A DNA stretch of 63,865 bases, filler included, from Reticulomyxa filosa (taxonomy: Eukaryota; Protista; Foraminifera), in the NCBI GenBank assembly GCA_000512085.1. It is 15 parts of 15 records of this genome, joined end to end, with 100 filler letters (N's around TTAATTAATTAA, not from the genome) between each part and the next. Parts side by side here need not be neighbours in the genome. Positions count along the whole stretch, not along the records: positions 1 to 14,870 come from ASPP01009146.1; positions 14,971 to 16,987 come from ASPP01012710.1; positions 17,088 to 19,581 come from ASPP01005107.1; positions 19,682 to 26,346 come from ASPP01022833.1; 11 more parts are not named here. One strand, given 5' to 3'. Positions 12,982-25,221 of this stretch are shown piece after piece. The position numbers were made by a program, and so were the translations under genes. The notes beneath the pieces were generated by a model, which was not told where the DNA came from, did no database searches, and saw only the letters and a list, made by a program, of their open reading frames with translations. Positions within the stretch are counted from its first letter, which is position 1. Each line of letters opens with the position of its first letter.

Positions 12982-14870
12982 TTTCACATCTTTCCTTTTT
13001 TTTTTTGCTAATAAAAAAAAAAAAAAAAATCAAGGATAATTCAACTCATACAAACGTTGGCGAAGAGTTGCCAAAAGTAACTTGTTATTTTTTTTTTTTT
13101 TCTTCTTAATATGGTTTAAGTTACACTCCGATGTTTTTATTTTATGAATTACAGGGGGTGTAATTCATATAATATATTTTTACAGTGAAAACACTGTTTT
13201 TGTTAATGTTTATTTTAGTTGTTTTTCTTTTTTAGTTCATTTGTTTAGTGCTTTTGTTTCGTTTTTTGTTTCATTTTCTTTTCAAAAAAAAAAATTCGAC
13301 GCAAATAAACCAATATCCAAGTTCAAATCTTCCAAGACATTTCTTTGTGTTCTAAATTTCAGAAAATTTGAGTTAATATTTTTATTATTTCTATGTCCAA
13401 TGGGTATAATTTAATTAAAAGAAACACTGATTCAAATTGAAAATTTGCTTAACTAATTAATGAAGATTGTCTTGTTTACATTACAACATTTGACGTTTGT
13501 TGTTTGTTATGGCAACTTTATCAATTTGTTACAAAGAATTTCATTATGTTATTATCCCGTAATTCAAAATTTGTAAAGGATAAAATATTTTGTAAAAATT
13601 TCAAACAGAAAAAAGAAGCACTTTGCATGTAAAATATGTTCAATCTTTTTCTTTAGACTTTCCATTATGGTTAATATGAAAGATAAATCAATTGACAGCG
13701 CAATATTCGAAAAAGACAAGAAGAAGATGAGTCTTCAAACTAAAGTGAGTCTGACTATATGTCAAAATGGCAGTATATTGTATCATACATGTGAATTTTT
13801 TTTTAAAAGTTTTTTCGAAGATACAGTGATTGTTGTATAATAATATCTTTTCTTCACAAAAAAAAGGGAGAACAAAATATGGATCTAGTTTTCAAGTAGT
13901 AAGCAGATCTCAAATTGAACAGAAAAACAGTTCTTTTATATCAACTAATATTGAAATTTTTAATTTTGAATTACAAAATAATGACAAAATGAAATTCATA
14001 ACAAACAAACTTATTGATAAATAGAGTTAAATTAAAAAATGTTGTTCAATCTTGACAAAGAAATGTTGACTCAATACTTGGTTTTACTTAATCTTTTTTT
14101 TAGAAGGCATTGACTCGTGTGTTTTATGTAATATGATGTGTTATCAAAAATTAGACTGATTGTTTTTACCAAAATTTGCATTTCACATTTGTCGGACGTA
14201 TTATTGTGTTTAAATTATTGTTTTTGTTCAGTCTAAAAAACTATGATTTTTCTTTCTTACTTTCTAAGTATGATTATGCTTTTTTTTATCCGTTAACAAA
14301 TGCGTTTGGAAACATAGCTATCCAAAAGTTCCATACTTTCGCAAAAGAAACAAATGTCTTTGTTGTTCGTATTTCTGTAACATTTGCAATTGTGCTTCAA
14401 CTTTTTTAAAGAAAAGTATGCTCTTTTCGACTATTTTATTCTTTTTTTTTATCAATGAAAAGATATTGCATTTTAATGGTATTGAAGTTGTTCGAATGTC
14501 AGTTATCGCAATTGTAAAACAAATATAATCAAAGTTAAAAAGAAAAGTTACATGCAAAGTGATACAAATTCATCATTTATCACTAAAGCAATTTTTTATT
14601 TTTTGAAAGGTAATAGGGAGTAGTTGAAAAAAATTCACAAACGTCAATCATTTCGAGAACTGTTCTTCTTCAGGACGTACGTTTTAAATCTTGTCCATGG
14701 AAATACAAGATATGGACTTGTGGAAACCTGCAACAAGAAAAGTTTGCGAATATGCTCGATCCATTGATATCGACATTTGCTTACAATTTTGTATTGCCAC
14801 CACCATACGACTGGAATGCCCTATTAAAAAGATCATCATAACAATATTATTTTCAATTAAAAAAAAAAAA

Positions 14871-14970
14871 NNNNNNNNNNNNNNNNNNNNNNNNNNNNNN
14901 NNNNNNNNNNNNNNTTAATTAATTAANNNNNNNNNNNNNNNNNNNNNNNNNNNNNNNNNNNNNNNNNNNN
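14871..14970. other. Artificial contig linker (44N-TTAATTAATTAA-44N), first of 14
   Basis: The same 100-nt block occurs at 14871, 16988, 19582, 26347, 27640, 32947, 34128, 37859, 39128, 41117, 52604, 55572, 60352 and 62587. The core puts stops in all six frames, and base composition changes abruptly across several linkers. Confidence 0.99.
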
Positions 14971-15056
14971 TTTTTTTTGTTTCCAAGCTCGCTCCTCCCC
15001 CCTTTTTTTTTTTTAAATAAACATTAACAAATAATTTTTTAAAAAAAAAACACAAC

Positions 15057-15468
15057 TTGATTTCGGCTGCGAATTCGCGGAGCCGCAAAGGGATAATTCT
15101 TTGGGATAAAAATATCAAAGGAAAAGCATCCACCTCGATAAGGTCCTTGTTGAAGAGCTAATGTACATACCAATTCTAGTAAATTCCCTGGCCTTTTCAA
15201 ATCAATTCTTTTTTTTTTTTTTGATATATACTTTGATGGATTTGAAATCTTTTCTTTTTTTTTTGTTTTGAAGAGGGAGAACAGAAAGGAAACTAAACGC
15301 TAGCTTGGTTCCAAATGCAGTTGTTTTGTCAGCGTTCATTTCTTCAAAATCCTTTTGCACTCGCATTTCTTCTTTCGACGAAAATTTGCTCGACCTTTCG
15401 CTCGAAAACGACTGCAAACGGGTCATCCTTAACCTTGAAAATAATGATATAGGTATATCTTCATCCAT
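15057..15468 (-). CDS. Ubc12/UBE2M-like E2 conjugating enzyme, 3' part lost at contig edge
   Basis: Exon 1 ISLFSRL...EEMRVQKDFEEM. The next exon (not in the ORF track) reads LLELVCTLALQQGPYRGGCFSFDIFIPKNYPFAAPRI, the UBC core (G.Y.GG.F.F....P..YP..PP). Confidence 0.75.
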
Positions 15469-15832
15469 TTTTTCCGAGGTATTATCCGCAAAAGTGAAAG
15501 AGGTGCATGCATTATCCGGATTCATGCTTTCCAATATCTATATCTGTCGTTTCCTTCTTCCCCTCCATTTTTTTTTTTTTACAGTCGGGTACTCAATTAC
15601 TGACCTAAACGTTTTCACTTTTCGCGTTGTATAACAGGACTACAATTTTGTGTCTTGGCACGGAGGACCTATTTAAGCTAATTAAAAATAAGATTCGATT
15701 TTGTTTTCCAGTCACAACGTGTTTGAAATTTCACTGTGCAAAAACTAGTTAAAACCAAATTTTTAAAATTCGTATCATATGGTCACTGAAATTTAAATTG
15801 AGAATTATAATTTATAAAAATACGTGTGCTGA

Positions 15833-16925
<1,093 letters not shown>

Positions 16926-19023
16926 GTAATTTTTATTTTCGAAAGTTGTTTCTTCAATTTTAGCGTTGCTGTTTTTTTTTTAAAAAANNNNNNNNNNNNN
17001 NNNNNNNNNNNNNNNNNNNNNNNNNNNNNNNTTAATTAATTAANNNNNNNNNNNNNNNNNNNNNNNNNNNNNNNNNNNNNNNNNNNNGCATTGGAATTCG
17101 AAACAAAGTGAGGATATTGAATTTCGGTATAAAATTAAATAATACTAAACGACACAGCATAAAAAGTAACGTCAGTTTATTTGATTTTTTTTGTATTTGG
17201 TTTGTTGTAACTATATTTTATTTTTTTGCGTTGCGATTTTGTTTTTGACTGCTGCGCGACTAAAAAATAAAAGATTAGAAAAAGCACACTGCGCTAATAC
17301 TAGCAATGTATGCAGAATGAAGCAAAATTGACAATAATTTAATGAAGTCGATTTTAACATTGTGCACATTGCAAAAGAGTCAATTGTAAGCGATATCGAC
17401 AAAGACGAACCAGTGAATTTTGAATCTTTTGGTGATAATGACCGTTGCTATTTTAGTGAAGTTCTTAACGCTATTCAACCGATGATATGGATATGCATTG
17501 CCTTGCTGGTCCTGCTTGTTCAAACATTATTGGAAAAAACCAAACGACCATAAAGATTGTCAATACGCTGTAATAGCAATCTATTTAAATTATATATGTA
17601 TACATTATATACCATACATATATTTCTTTAAATATCTTTACCAACCTTTTTCATAATTCTTATTTTTATTATTTTTTTAAATGCTTTTAGCAGAACTACG
17701 TGCACAAATTTTTTTTTTTGAACCTTTCAAAAAAAAAGTCTTGATGACAATAAACTCTTCCCCCTTTTTTTTTAAATACCGGTGATGTGGTTCAAAAGGA
17801 CAATGACAACACATGAAAATCAAATCGGCCCGCTCAATAACCACGACGACCAGGTGCTTTTGGAATTAACTCTCGTTTTGTAGAAAAACACTGTCACCCA
17901 CAACATTGTCGCAGTTGATATTTTTAATTGATATTTCAAAATTTTGATATTTAAAAAAAGTTCACAAACTAAAAAAACTACAATAAAAAATTGCAAAAAT
18001 GAAATGAAAAAAAAAAAGAAAAAACTAAAAATAAATAATTGTATTGGGCAGCCAAAGGGCGACACCTAATTCAATTTTTTTAAAAAATTTTTTAATATGG
18101 TGCAAGAGTGATGTTACTCAAATGGTACAATCATTGCACCAATTAAGATTTTTTTTTTGGCAAGACAAGTTTGTTGTATTATAATTTTTTTTCGTGAGGA
18201 AAGAAAGATATTGACTTGGCATTATTTACGAATTTTTTTCGTGTTGAACAAATATTTTTTTAAATGCTGCGCATGAATATTTTTTTTTTTCGCTAGCTGT
18301 TTGATTTAGAAATTTTTATCTTTAGTTTTTATTAATATTTGAAAATAATTTAACTAACGAGAAAATTATGAAAACGAAAAAAAAACCAAATTTGTAAAAG
18401 AAAAAAATTTAAAAAGATCAAAAAGTAAAATAATGCTGTAGAAAATAATTAAAATGTTTGTAATTTACAAAAAATTGAAAAAATGAAATGCTTTTTGAAA
18501 TGCTTGAAGATTTGTAGATATTTTTAAAAATTTTGAAAAAATGTTAATTTTAATTTAAAAAATCGATCATCTTCATAAGATGCCATTTAGTACTTTTGTC
18601 CCTACATATATTATTTGTGTTTTTGCAATATCTTTGTTTTATTTGGAAAGGGACAAACTATTGTTACGATTCTCATTAATGCTTTTGAAAAAATATATAG
18701 ATTATCTGATGAAATAGTTTGTATAGAGTAAATACTTTCGTATTTCACTTTCAGGTCAGCACTTACATTTTTTATGTATGGTGACTGGTGAAAAAAAAAA
18801 GCTGCCATTGCAATTCAAGCAGTGAATATGTAATCAAAAATTAGCATTCCGATTTACTAAGGAAAAAATGAAAAAAAAGTCTAAAAAAAAAGACTAAGTG
18901 ACGAGAAAAGCAAAAAGGGACTGTACTTGTAAAAAAGTTGATAAATGTGTTTGCACGGCGTTTTGGTGTGTTTGAATTCCTCGTATTCCTCTGTTTATTA
19001 AAGATTTTTAAAAAAATTGAGAA

Positions 19024-19581
19024 ATGTCGTACCCACATTTGTACGCGGCGTGGTTTGCAGTGTTGTGGTTGATTCCGACCAATATACTGATAATTTGTGT
19101 GTGGTACAAGCAGCTCGTGTATTGTTTTTGTAGTGACCATATCACTTACATTGCATATGAGCGTGCGAAAGGAAAAGGGTTAGCACAGACCTCACCAACG
19201 TTGTCATCGAAACCGAGTCCACTAAAAAACAGGACATTAAAAAGAGGGCTCGACTTATTACGAGTTTGAGTTACAAAAGCAGCGACAACAGCAACAACAA
19301 AATGAAAAGGAAAGCGTTCAATCACTGTCAAATACATTATTGTTAACGCCAGCGAAAGACAGTGAGTTGTCGCCATCACTGGCATCAAAGACGCCAATCT
19401 TGCCAAGTACGTATACTCACGGACAACATGGATCCTCGGGGACTTTGCAAGACATAGCTGAGCAATTGGCCAGCAAAGAAAGCGAACTTGCACATGATCT
19501 GAATATAAACACATCATCTGAGAAAGTAGTAATAGATGTAATGGTGACAACAAATGATAACAATAACAATAATAATAATAA
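19024..19581 (+). CDS. Fragment of a membrane protein (last TM plus low-complexity tail), uncharacterised
   Basis: Hydrophobic LYAAWFAVLWLIPTNILIICVWY followed by an S/T/N-rich exon that runs into the contig end. Confidence 0.3.
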
Positions 19582-19681
19582 NNNNNNNNNNNNNNNNNNN
19601 NNNNNNNNNNNNNNNNNNNNNNNNNTTAATTAATTAANNNNNNNNNNNNNNNNNNNNNNNNNNNNNNNNNNNNNNNNNNNN

Positions 19682-19871
19682 CTCCTGAATTGAATCCAGT
19701 AGAGCGTTTGTGGCGCTATTTAAAATCACATATCATTAGAAATAAAGTTTATGAAATAATCCAAGCTTTAGAAGAAGCTGTTTGTACTTTTATTAGACAG
19801 ATAACCAAAGAACAACTTAAAAATCTTTGTTCGGTTAGCTATTTACTAATTTAACTGCGGGAAATGGTATA
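19682..19871 (+). mobile_element. IS630-family transposase C-terminus and right end
   Basis: The frame from 19684 reads PELNPVERLWRYLKSHIIRNK...LLI* (stop 19852-19854), containing the IS630 SPELNPIE.W motif. It is followed by ...GAAATGGTATA ending in TA. Confidence 0.85.
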
Positions 19872-19915
19872 ACTACCTATTGGTAAAGACTCTCCTAAAT
19901 TTAAACGACATTTGC

Positions 19916-20542
19916 TTACCTTCCACCTGACACTTTCGCTAACATTGCATCAATATAGGTGGCCATGGATGGGTCTACCACTCTTGCTACTAAAAATTCC
20001 TTTTCCCACAGATCGTACTTGCCTTGCTTTAAATACATTACGCCAAGGTTAAAGTGAGCAAGCCCGTACTCAGGATCTAGTTCTATCGCTTTTTTATATT
20101 CATACTCTGCCAGAGCTAAGTTGCCTTGTTCATAATGTACTATGCCAAGCTCATTGTGAGTTTTTGCATCGTTAGATTCTAATTCTGCAGCTTTTTTACA
20201 TGCCTCTGATGCTAGAGCATGCTTACCTTGTTTATCATATAGCGTGCAAAGGTTATAGTAAGCAGTTATATATTTAGGATCTGTCTCTATAACTTTTTTG
20301 AACTGTTGTTCTGCCAGAGTTAAGTTGCCTTGCTTTAGATATATTACGCCAAGGTAACGGTGAGCAAGCAAATTGCCGTCCTGCTCTATCGCTTTTTTAT
20401 ATTCATACTCTGCCAGAGCTAAATTGCCTTCGCTTTGATATTTATTTCCCAGCACTATACGGTCAAAAGCACTTTCAGTTGCTACTGCCGTAGATATAAA
20501 GCTCAAAAATTTAGTAGCAATACCAGTTCTTTGTACATACAT
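19916..20542 (-). CDS. Tetratricopeptide-repeat protein (bacterial)
   Basis: About five 34-aa TPR units (AH..LG..Y..QG.L..AE..YKKAIE.DP). Confidence 0.9.
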   Translation of the reverse strand: MYVQRTGIATKFLSFISTAVATESAFDRIVLGNKYQSEGNLALAEYEYKKAIEQDGNLLAHRYLGVIYLKQGNLTLAEQQFKKVIETDPKYITAYYNLCTLYDKQGKHALASEACKKAAELESNDAKTHNELGIVHYEQGNLALAEYEYKKAIELDPEYGLAHFNLGVMYLKQGKYDLWEKEFLVARVVDPSMATYIDAMLAKVSGGR

Positions 20543-20662
20543 TCTTTTATAGCGTCTATTTTAAAATTGTTAATACAGGTTCTAAGTCTTGGCTTTGTTG
20601 CATGATACTTTACAATAACAGACTTCTTTCCAAACTCAACAAGAAATATTAAGGTAATAATG

Positions 20663-21333
20663 GGTTCTATCGCAAAATTAAAATGGACGAGGGACGGCCG
20701 TTGTTTTTAGGCATGACTATCCTACTAAAGCATAAAACTGCTCCATTGGAGATATTTTCCTTTTAAAAGATTTTGCCCTTTGCGTATCATATGGTATAGC
20801 TCAATGCTGGCAAGAGTGGCTCGGGCACTGATGAAATTTTTAAATCCTAGCATAGGCTTGACAATTCGCTTTAACCATCGATGATCCTGCTCAATCCCGT
20901 TGTTTAGATATTTAACCTGACGTATTTCGATCCTCTGATCTTCAGGCAAAGCCTCGTTAATCTTGAGTAAACCTGCTAAATTTGCTCCGCTCTTATCTAT
21001 ATTTACTTTCTCGGGCTTGCCGTTATTCTCAATTGCCTTCTCAAAAAACGCTTTGGCTGCCATTGCATCTCGAATTGGAGATAAGAAAAAATCAATGGTT
21101 TGGTTTTCTTTATCAACTGCACGGTAGTAATATACCCATTGACCTTTGATTTTAATATATGTCTCATCCATCCTCCAACTTTTCCCCACTGGTTTCTTCG
21201 TTTGTCTAAATTTAGCTTTAAGCTTTGGTGAATACTTTATTACCCAGCGGTTTACCGTCGCATGATCTATTTGGACTCCACGCTCTTCCATTAGTTCTTC
21301 CACAGGCTCTGTCGCAAAATTGAATTTTGTCAT
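20663..21333 (-). mobile_element. IS6-family element with N-terminally truncated transposase
   Basis: IDHATVNRWV, SWRMDETYIKIKGQW.Y.YRAVD, KYLNNGIEQDHR. Terminal IR GGTTCTATCGCAAAATT at 20663-20679. The native N-terminus is absent. The usual ..EQFYAL.. C-terminus lies in another frame (indel in the A-run near 20757). Confidence 0.9.
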
Positions 21334-21413
21334 AATTTAGCTTTCTGTAAGGCCCATAAATCCATTGGAAAATTTTGATAAATTTGATTATATTTGAACT
21401 TTGCGACAGAACC
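21305..21413. mobile_element. 109-bp non-coding mini-element bounded by IS6-type inverted repeats (MITE-like)
   Basis: GGCTCTGTCGCAAAATT at 21305-21321 and its near-inverse AACTTTGCGACAGAACC at 21397-21413 (15/17 match). No target-site duplication is visible. Confidence 0.75.
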
Positions 21414-21423
21414 TAGAAAAATC

Positions 21424-22091
21424 CTACCTATCTTTAGGTAAAGACTCTCCTTTGTTTTTAAATGCTTTTATTTTAATCGATATTTCTCTCGAGCTGTCTA
21501 TCCCCACTGCCAATGTTGAAATACCTTCTTTTTCTCCCGCTTCTTTAAACATTTCAATCAATGCTTTATCATTAGCTTCCGAGGTTGAGAACAGAATACC
21601 TACTTTGTTAGCATTAGGTATAATATTTTTTAACAAACTTAAACAATGCTTTTAACATCTTGTTTATCTGAACTTCCAGTTATATTTTTGCCAGCATTAT
21701 TATAATTTTCTAATAATTTTGCTTCAACAGGATCAATTATAGCAGCAAATATTATTGGATTTTCCTTAAACACACGTTTTGCTGCTTGAGCTACTGGGGT
21801 AGAAATCGCAATAACTAAATCAGGTTTACTAGCTTTTATTCTGCTAAGCATATTAGGAATTTGCATCTGATCAAAATTAACATTCAAATCCAGATACTCG
21901 ATTTGCTTATCGTATCCTAAAGCTGACATTTCTTTTTTAAATCCACTTATAGTTGCCTCTAAGGAAGCATGTGGACCATAATTTGCAATGCCAATTACAA
22001 TATTTTTAGCAATTCCACAATTTAGAATTACTGATAAGCAACTAACTATTAAAGTATGTATAAATATTTTGTGAAATTTTAAGATAGACAT
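21424..22091 (-). pseudogene. ABC transporter substrate-binding protein (ABC_sub_bind, TrpX-like aromatic amino acid type), frameshifted and 3' truncated
   Basis: GIANYGPHASL, KPDLVIAISTPVAQA, PIIFAAIIDPV, NITGSSD, then KVGILFSTSEAND in another frame (shift near 21637). Homology stops after IKAFKNK at ~21451. Confidence 0.8.
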
Positions 22092-22141
22092 AATAAATCT
22101 CGATTATTTTATTGATAAAGCTTAACTGATTAGGCAATTAA

Positions 22142-22189
22142 CTAACGCCACCAGCATTCTTTAAGCAATAAAGTAAAAGTAAGATTCAT
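22142..22189 (-). promoter_or_regulatory. Putative TrpL-like leader peptide MNLTFTLLLKECWWR*
   Basis: ATG AAT CTT ACT TTT ACT TTA TTG CTT AAA GAA TGC TGG TGG CGT TAG. Tandem Trp codons, an AAGAG purine tract upstream, and a stop 50 nt before the SBP start codon. Confidence 0.7.
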
Positions 22190-22216
22190 TAGTATCTCTT
22201 ATGATTTGTATAGTTA

Positions 22217-22225
22217 ATTATAGCA
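22217..22225 (-). promoter_or_regulatory. Extended -10 sigma70 promoter (TGCTATAAT)
   Basis: Perfect TGnTATAAT about 28 nt upstream of the leader ATG, in the lpxC-SBP intergenic region. Confidence 0.6.
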
Positions 22226-22272
22226 TATATTTTTATACTATGAAAGCTTAGAAAGTTTAAATAACGATTAAA

Positions 22273-23154
22273 TTAAGCCGCGGCTAATCGTTTGCTTGGA
22301 TCGATGAGAACATAAGCACTGGGATTTGAAAATAACTTTCTCAAAATCTTGTTATTCATAGCGTGCCCCCCTTTAAAGGATTTAACTCTACCTTGTAAAC
22401 GTGCTCCAGCAAGATAAAGATCTCCTATACAATCTAGCACTTTATGCCTAACGAATTCATCTGCATAACGGAGACCATCTTTATTAACTACCCCTTCTTC
22501 GTCAAGACCGATTGAATTCTCTAATGAAACACCTTTGCCAAGACCAATTTTATGCAATAAGTCTAAATCTTTAATAAAACCAAAGGTTCTAGCTTTACTA
22601 ATATCTTTTTCAAAACATGTTTGATTTTCGCTAAAAATAAAATTTTGTTCCCCAATAACTTTATTATCAAAAGATATTTTGCAATCAATTGTGAATGAAT
22701 CATCAGGCACTATTTCAATACGTTTATCTTCTATTTCAATTTCTATAGGTTTTACAACTTTGATGACCTTTCTATAATCGTTTTGGCTTATCGTTCCCAC
22801 TTGTTCAATTAATGAAACAAAAGTAAAGGAACTTCCATCCATAACTGGTACTTCACCCGCATCAACTTCTATCAGAGCATTATCTATCCTACGACCCCAA
22901 AGCGCTGACATCAAATGTTCAACCGTTGAAACTTTAGCCCCATGCTTATTACCAATTACAGTACAAAGCGTGGTTTCAACAACGTTATCACAAAGAGCAG
23001 GAATTAAATTATCCTTTTCAAGATCGACTCTTTTAAAAATAATACCATGGTTAGCCTTAGCCGGTATAATCTTTAAATTAACCGTATTGCCGCTATGGAC
23101 ACCAGTACCCTGAATTTCAATAGGTTTAGCAATTGTCTGTTGATGCCCAAACAT
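22273..23154 (-). CDS. lpxC: UDP-3-O-acyl-N-acetylglucosamine deacetylase
   Basis: QQTI, GTGVHSG, TVEHLMSAL, EVPVMDGSS, ARTFGF, LRYADEFVRHKVLDCIGDL and GGHAMN motifs. Confidence 0.97.
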   Translation of the reverse strand: MFGHQQTIAKPIEIQGTGVHSGNTVNLKIIPAKANHGIIFKRVDLEKDNLIPALCDNVVETTLCTVIGNKHGAKVSTVEHLMSALWGRRIDNALIEVDAGEVPVMDGSSFTFVSLIEQVGTISQNDYRKVIKVVKPIEIEIEDKRIEIVPDDSFTIDCKISFDNKVIGEQNFIFSENQTCFEKDISKARTFGFIKDLDLLHKIGLGKGVSLENSIGLDEEGVVNKDGLRYADEFVRHKVLDCIGDLYLAGARLQGRVKSFKGGHAMNNKILRKLFSNPSAYVLIDPSKRLAAA

Positions 23155-23363
23155 TTTGATAACTTAATAAATTACTCGAACTTAATAATACTACAAAACC
23201 ATGAATTAGACATAATTACATATTATTGCAAAATTTTACAATCCGTCTAGATACCTTATTTGTCGCAAGCGCATATGATACCAATCAATATAGCGATAAA
23301 TCCATTTATTTTAAGCATAACTTCTGTTATAAGTAACTGTAGAATAAGAATTAAGAGCTATTT

Positions 23364-23981
23364 ATAACGATTAAATATCACATTAATGACTTGCCTAATG
23401 ATGTTAAGCTTGAAGGTGATTTAGCGATAGATACTGAAGCTATGGGGCTGAATCATCATAGAGATAGGCTTTGTGTAGTTCAAATATGCGATAATAATAA
23501 AAACGCCCATGTTATTCATTTTCCTAACAAAATATACGATTGTTCTAATTTAAAAAGAATTTTGCAGGACGAATCGCGAATAAAAATTTTTCACTATGCT
23601 CGTTTTGACTTAGCCATTATACAATATTACCTCAACATTGAATTACAAAACATTTTTTGTACCAAAACTGCTTCTCGGTTAGCAAGAACCTACACTGATC
23701 AACATAGTTTAAAAGAATTATGCGCTGAATTATTAGGGGTGAGAATATCCAAGCAACAACAAACTTCTGATTGGGGCGCAATAAAATTGACTCCAGAACA
23801 AGTTGATTACGCTGCTTCTGATGTGCTTTATTTGCATGAACTAAAACATAAACTGCTTGAAATGCTTTCTCGAGAAGGAAGGCTTGAAATAACTAATAAA
23901 TGCAATGAATTCTTACCAACTAGGGCAAAACTTGATTTAATGGGATGGGCTGAAATTGATATTTTTGCTCACTCATCCTAA
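23364..23981 (+). CDS. rnd: RNase D-like DEDDy 3'-5' exonuclease (alphaproteobacterial short form)
   Basis: AIDTEAMGL, DRLCVVQ, KIFHYARFD, TYTDQHSLK, SKQQQTSDWG, YAASDV. An in-frame extension ITIKYHINDLP starts at ATA 23364. Confidence 0.9.
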   Translation: MTIKYHINDLPNDVKLEGDLAIDTEAMGLNHHRDRLCVVQICDNNKNAHVIHFPNKIYDCSNLKRILQDESRIKIFHYARFDLAIIQYYLNIELQNIFCTKTASRLARTYTDQHSLKELCAELLGVRISKQQQTSDWGAIKLTPEQVDYAASDVLYLHELKHKLLEMLSREGRLEITNKCNEFLPTRAKLDLMGWAEIDIFAHSS

Positions 23982-23986
23982 TTTGT

Positions 23987-25101
23987 TCAAGATTCGTAAC
24001 AACCGACTACTTTATCTGCCAAATATTTACTAGAATATTTAGTAACCGCTATCTCTCTTGCCTGTTTCCCCATTTTAACTCTTAAATCCTTATTTAAAGC
24101 TAATCTATACATTACTTTAGCTAAACTCTCAACATCACCAACTTTGACTAGCAATCCATTAGACTCATCTTTTACTAGATCTCTGCCTCCTGGTGCATCA
24201 GTAGTAATTATTGGCCTTCCGTAGGCAGCTGCTTCTAATAAGCTTCTACTTAAGCCTTCGCGATAAGAAGGTAGAACAGCTACATGCGCTTGTTCCCATA
24301 TTTCTCTTATATTTTTAACATATCCAACATACTTCACTATACTATGCTTATCCCAAGCTTTTAATTGCTCTTCTTTAAATGATCTTGAATATTTTCATCA
24401 GGTGCACCAACCAGCCAAAACTCTGCAAACAATCCATTCTTATTTAATAAATTAGCTGCGGTTACAAATTCACCTACTCCCTTATCAACTATCATTCTTC
24501 CTACTAAGGCAAAGATAATTTTTCCTGGTAATTCATGTAAAAATTTAAAGTTATCAGGTTCGATTCCAACGCTGCATTGATTAACAATTCGATCCTTTGA
24601 AGCAATTCTTAGATTCCTTAGCAATTCAGCATCATCTTTATTTTGAGTGATATAGATATATTTTTTATTTATTGAAACTAACTTAAGAATATTACAAATA
24701 AAAAATCGAATTACTTTTACCCATATTTTCTCGCTTAAAAATATAAAACCCATACCTAAAAAAGTATTAACTACTCTTTCTGTTTTACTAAATAATAATG
24801 CTATGCTTCCATATATAATAGGCTTAATACCAAAATGCTGAACAATATTTGGCTTCTCGCGACGATAAATACCTATGAGATTGAAAATTAACTTTAATTC
24901 TTTAAATGGATTTAAGCAAAACCTGCTGATATCTATAGTTAAAACTTTAAATCCCTGTTCTTCGACTTTAGTTTTATAACCACCTTCTTTAGTCAATACT
25001 TCTACAATATACCCTTTTTCCTTAGCGGATCGAGCTATAGGAAGAAGGTGTTCATAAAAATGCCCATCTTCTGCTACAAATAAAATTACTTTTTTACTCA
25101 T
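23987..25101 (-). CDS. GT4-family glycosyltransferase (CapM-like), split by one indel near 24390
   Basis: N-half KPIIYGS...GRMIVDKGVGEF..AA; C-half VLPSYREGLSRSLLEAAAYGRPIITTDAPG. The alternative frame SRSFKEEQLKAWDKHSIVKYVG bridges the halves. Confidence 0.85.
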
Positions 25102-25221
25102 GATATTAATTAAGCAATAATTATTAAAATGTTAGACTACAAAGTTTTATTTCGCAAGCAGCTAAACAGTATAGATTGCTTTCAGCATTATAAACAGATA
25201 TATTGCTAGTAAAAATTTTAT

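Noticed and set aside
13600-14870. Possible degraded gene remnant
   Set aside because: Only short coding-like patches; no family could be supported.
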